Under the pieces are notes generated by a model, which did no database searches, was not told the DNA's origin, and was given only the letters and a program-made list of their open reading frames with translations. This document shows positions 61,126 to 64,000 of a stretch of DNA of 64,000 bases, piece after piece (position 1 is the stretch's first letter; every line of letters begins with the position of its first letter). The stretch comes from Trueperaceae bacterium (GTDB taxonomy: Bacteria; Deinococcota; Deinococci; Deinococcales; Trueperaceae), in NCBI GenBank assembly GCA_965214405.1, contig OZ243956.1:1536001-1600000 (forward strand), in the 5' to 3' direction. A program made the translations under genes and the position numbers.

Positions 61126-61752
61126 ATGATTGATACCTTTTTGCGCGTTCCCAAAGAGCACCTGCTCGAGCCGCTCGCAACTCGTCTTGCGGGCGTGTCT
61201 CCCACCTGCGTGACCCTCGTGTCGCTGGGCGTCGGGCTGGGCGCGGCGGGGCTGGCGGGCGGGGGGTTTTACGGCTGGGGCCTCGGGTTGTGGCTTCTCA
61301 ACAGGCTGCTCGACGGGCTCGACGGCGAGGTGGCGCGGCGCGGCGGGCGGCAGAGCGACCTGGGGGGCTATCTGGACATCCTCTGCGACTTCCTCGTCTA
61401 CGCGCTCGTGCCCGTGGCGCTCGTTTTTTCCAACCCGTCGGAGCGCGCGTACCTGGCGCTGGCGCTCTTGCTGACGAGTTTTTACGTGAACGCGGGCTCG
61501 TGGACGCTTTTGTCGGCGCTGCTCGAGAAACGCCGCCACGGTGCGCTGGCAAAAGGCGAGCGCACGAGCGTGACGATGCCCGGCGGCCTCATCGAAGGGG
61601 CTGAGACGGTCGTGTTTTACAGCTTATTTTTTCTTTTCCCCCACGCCTTTACGCCCCTGGCGCTCTTTATGGCGGGGCTCGTCGCGCTGACCGCCGGGCA
61701 GCGGGTCGTGTGGGCGCGGCGGGTGCTCGAGCCTTCCAAACAATCCCGATAA
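61126..61752 (+). CDS. CDP-alcohol phosphatidyltransferase family protein (YnjF-like)
   Basis: DGLDGEVAR.....SDLGGYLD..CD signature; GLIEGAET. Confidence 0.88.
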   Translation: MIDTFLRVPKEHLLEPLATRLAGVSPTCVTLVSLGVGLGAAGLAGGGFYGWGLGLWLLNRLLDGLDGEVARRGGRQSDLGGYLDILCDFLVYALVPVALVFSNPSERAYLALALLLTSFYVNAGSWTLLSALLEKRRHGALAKGERTSVTMPGGLIEGAETVVFYSLFFLFPHAFTPLALFMAGLVALTAGQRVVWARRVLEPSKQSR

Positions 61753-61761
61753 GGAGTCGTT

Positions 61762-63189
61762 TTGAGTCAAACACACCCCCCTCACACCCCTTTTCACACC
61801 ACCGTCATCGGCGCGGGCTCGGGCGGGCTCACCGTGGCGATAGGCTTGGCGCGTTTCGGCAAGCGGGTCGCGCTCGTCGAGCGCAAACACGTGGGCGGCG
61901 ACTGCACCAACGTCGGCTGCGTGCCCTCGAAAACGCTCATCCATTTCGCTAAAGGGGGCGGTTTAGACGCGGGCGAGGTTCTGACGCGGGTGCAGGAAAA
62001 ACGGAACGCGCTGCGCGAGGAGGAGACCGAGTGGGTCAAAGATATCGACAACCTCACTTTTTTTGAGGGTACGGCGCGATTAACAGGGGCGGGGCGGCTC
62101 GAGCTCTCCCTCGAAAACGGAGACGCACAGGAAATCTCGGCTCGAAACATCGTGGTTGCCACGGGCTCGAGCCCCATCCGCATCGACATTCCAGATTTGA
62201 GTAAAGCGCGCACGCTGACCAACGAGAGTCTGTTCGAGCTTGACAACCCGCCCGAACACATCGCAATGGTCGGCGGGGGCATCATCTCGTCGGAGATGGC
62301 TTTCGCGTTTCGCAACTTAGGGAGCCGCGTGACGGTGATTGACCGGGGGGAGCGGGTGCTGTCTAAGCTCGAGCCGGACGTGTCAGAGCTCATCCAAGAG
62401 GCGATGGCGGCGCGGGGTATCGAGGTTTGTTTGGAGTCCGAGGCCGCCCGCTACGACGAGGCGACGCGGACGCTCTTCATCAAACGCCGAGGCGGTGAGG
62501 AGGCGGTGCCGGAGGTGGACCGGGTGCTCCTGGCGCTGGGCCGGAAACCTAACGTTCAAGGGTTGGGGCTCGAGGCGCTGGGCGTCACCGTAAGCGAAAA
62601 GGGTCTGCCCGTCAACCGCTACGGCGAGACGAACGTGAGGGGGATTTACGCAGTGGGCGACGCGACCACCACCTCCGCCTTTACCCACTCCGCCAACGCG
62701 CAGGGGCGGCGGGTGGTGCAGCACCTGGCGTTCCCGTGGCTGCCCGTCCTGCGCGGCGAGCCCGAATACCCGGCCGCCGTTTTTACCGATCCCGAGGTGG
62801 CGACGGTGGGGCCGAGTCTAAAGGAGCTTCAGAAACGGATGCACCCCAAGCTCATCAAAACGGTGCGGGTGGACCTCAAAGACACCGACCGCGCCTACAC
62901 AACGGGCCTAAAACGCGGCTTCGTCCTCCTCCACGCGCGGCGCTTGACGGGAAGCTTACTGGGCGCGACCATCACTGCGCCCGACGCCGCGGAGATGATT
63001 CCGCTGCTCACGCTCTCCGTTAACAAAGGCATGTCGGTGTACACGCTCACCAATCTCGTGTTTCCTTATCCGACGCTTTCAGAAGCCGTCAAAAAGGCGG
63101 CGGACGAGTTTTTGTTTGACACCCTGCCCAAACTCCCGCGCGAGGCGTGGGCGTACGCGCGTTACCGCTTCGCCTCCGGTAACGGTTAG
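61762..63189 (+). CDS. Class I pyridine nucleotide-disulfide oxidoreductase (Lpd/MerA-like)
   Basis: GAGSGG, GGDCTNVGCVPSK, ATGS, GGG...E, YAVGD, FTDPE, YPTLSE; no C-terminal Cys-Cys. Confidence 0.88.
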   Translation: MSQTHPPHTPFHTTVIGAGSGGLTVAIGLARFGKRVALVERKHVGGDCTNVGCVPSKTLIHFAKGGGLDAGEVLTRVQEKRNALREEETEWVKDIDNLTFFEGTARLTGAGRLELSLENGDAQEISARNIVVATGSSPIRIDIPDLSKARTLTNESLFELDNPPEHIAMVGGGIISSEMAFAFRNLGSRVTVIDRGERVLSKLEPDVSELIQEAMAARGIEVCLESEAARYDEATRTLFIKRRGGEEAVPEVDRVLLALGRKPNVQGLGLEALGVTVSEKGLPVNRYGETNVRGIYAVGDATTTSAFTHSANAQGRRVVQHLAFPWLPVLRGEPEYPAAVFTDPEVATVGPSLKELQKRMHPKLIKTVRVDLKDTDRAYTTGLKRGFVLLHARRLTGSLLGATITAPDAAEMIPLLTLSVNKGMSVYTLTNLVFPYPTLSEAVKKAADEFLFDTLPKLPREAWAYARYRFASGNG

Positions 63190-63312
63190 AGGGGAAAGGA
63201 CTGAGGTAAAAGAGGAAAGAGAAGGCGGCGGAAAACCAAGCGTCACTTTGGAACGTTGTAAACTGGACGTCTTGACACACGTTGAGATAAAACTTTAGGA
63301 AAGAGGTGAGAT

Positions 63313-64000
63313 GTGAAGCGTAGGCTACTCTGTTTCAGTCTGCTACTTGTGCCCATGTTGACTCTGGTACACGCGCAGACCCTGGAGGACCAAGTTCACG
63401 AGTTCACGCTCGAGAACGGCCTGAAAGTCATTATGGTCGTGGACGACACCGCGCCCGTGATCAACTTTTCTTTGATGTTCGACGTGGGCGGGATTGACGA
63501 GCCCAATGGTCTGGGCGGCATTGCCCACATGGTCGAGCACATGGCCTTTAAGGGCACGCGTTCGGTGGGCAGCTTAGATATCGAAGAGGAGATGGACGCG
63601 CTAGGAAGGCTCGAGGTGGCGGCGATTGCGCTCGAGATTGCCGAGGAGGGCGGCGCGTCGGGGGAAGAATTGGCCGCTTTTCAAAGCCAGTTTGACGAGG
63701 CTCGAGCCGAGGCGCAGGCGCTGGGGGCGGACAACCCGCTGACCAACTTCTTGACCTCCAACGGCGGCGTGGGCTTAAACGCCTCGACGGGCTACGACCG
63801 GACCAACTACACCGTCTCGCTACCCGCCAACCGCCTGGAACTCTACGCCCGCCTCTACGCCGACGTGCTCGCCAACCCGGTGTTCCGCTCCTTTTACGAA
63901 GAGCGCGACGTGGTGCGCGAGGAGCGCCGCCAACGCTCCGAAGACTCGCCCGACGGCGTGCTCTACGAAGCGTTTTTAGGAGAAGCTTTTCAGGTTCATC
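63313..64000 (+). CDS. M16 (pitrilysin) family zinc peptidase, 3'-truncated
   Basis: GTG start after GAGGTG; signal peptide; FTLENGL, GIAHMVEHMAFKGT (HxxEH), NASTG.D.T.Y, ERDVV.EE; open to the window end. Confidence 0.92.
   Translation, partial: MKRRLLCFSLLLVPMLTLVHAQTLEDQVHEFTLENGLKVIMVVDDTAPVINFSLMFDVGGIDEPNGLGGIAHMVEHMAFKGTRSVGSLDIEEEMDALGRLEVAAIALEIAEEGGASGEELAAFQSQFDEARAEAQALGADNPLTNFLTSNGGVGLNASTGYDRTNYTVSLPANRLELYARLYADVLANPVFRSFYEERDVVREERRQRSEDSPDGVLYEAFLGEAFQVH

Noticed and set aside
61762..63189. Mercuric reductase (merA) call
   Set aside because: No NmerA domain, no C-terminal Cys-Cys and no mer genes nearby.

Overview
A GC-rich bacterial chromosomal segment, most consistent with Deinococcota (Truepera-like). 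The support is an SLH/beta-barrel envelope protein, MurE with an EEDxR motif, tandem deoxynucleoside kinases, an M32 carboxypeptidase and many leaderless -10/start arrangements. Most genes are housekeeping: ispH, glk, ackA, rarA, aspC, ndk, typA, a full mrpABCDEFG antiporter operon, folC, plsY, recO, sdhCDAB, ggt, cobB, murE, dps, pdp, moeB, comF, surE. Accessory content includes one intact IS5-family element with a -1 frameshift, two pseudogenes, two repeat-domain lipoproteins and a divergent ROK repressor/DegT-family aminotransferase pair. No rRNA, tRNA, CRISPR array or prophage could be supported. The most notable signals are non-coding: (1) the palindrome CTCGAG is iterated far above chance and is built into terminator stems; (2) two diverged ~150-bp TA-flanked MITE-like elements lie 42 kb apart; (3) the mrp leader resembles an expanded nhaA-I (Li+-I) riboswitch; (4) short tandem micro-duplications and heptamer/octamer intergenic repeats are pervasive. 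All family assignments are by eye from motifs; no database searches were run.
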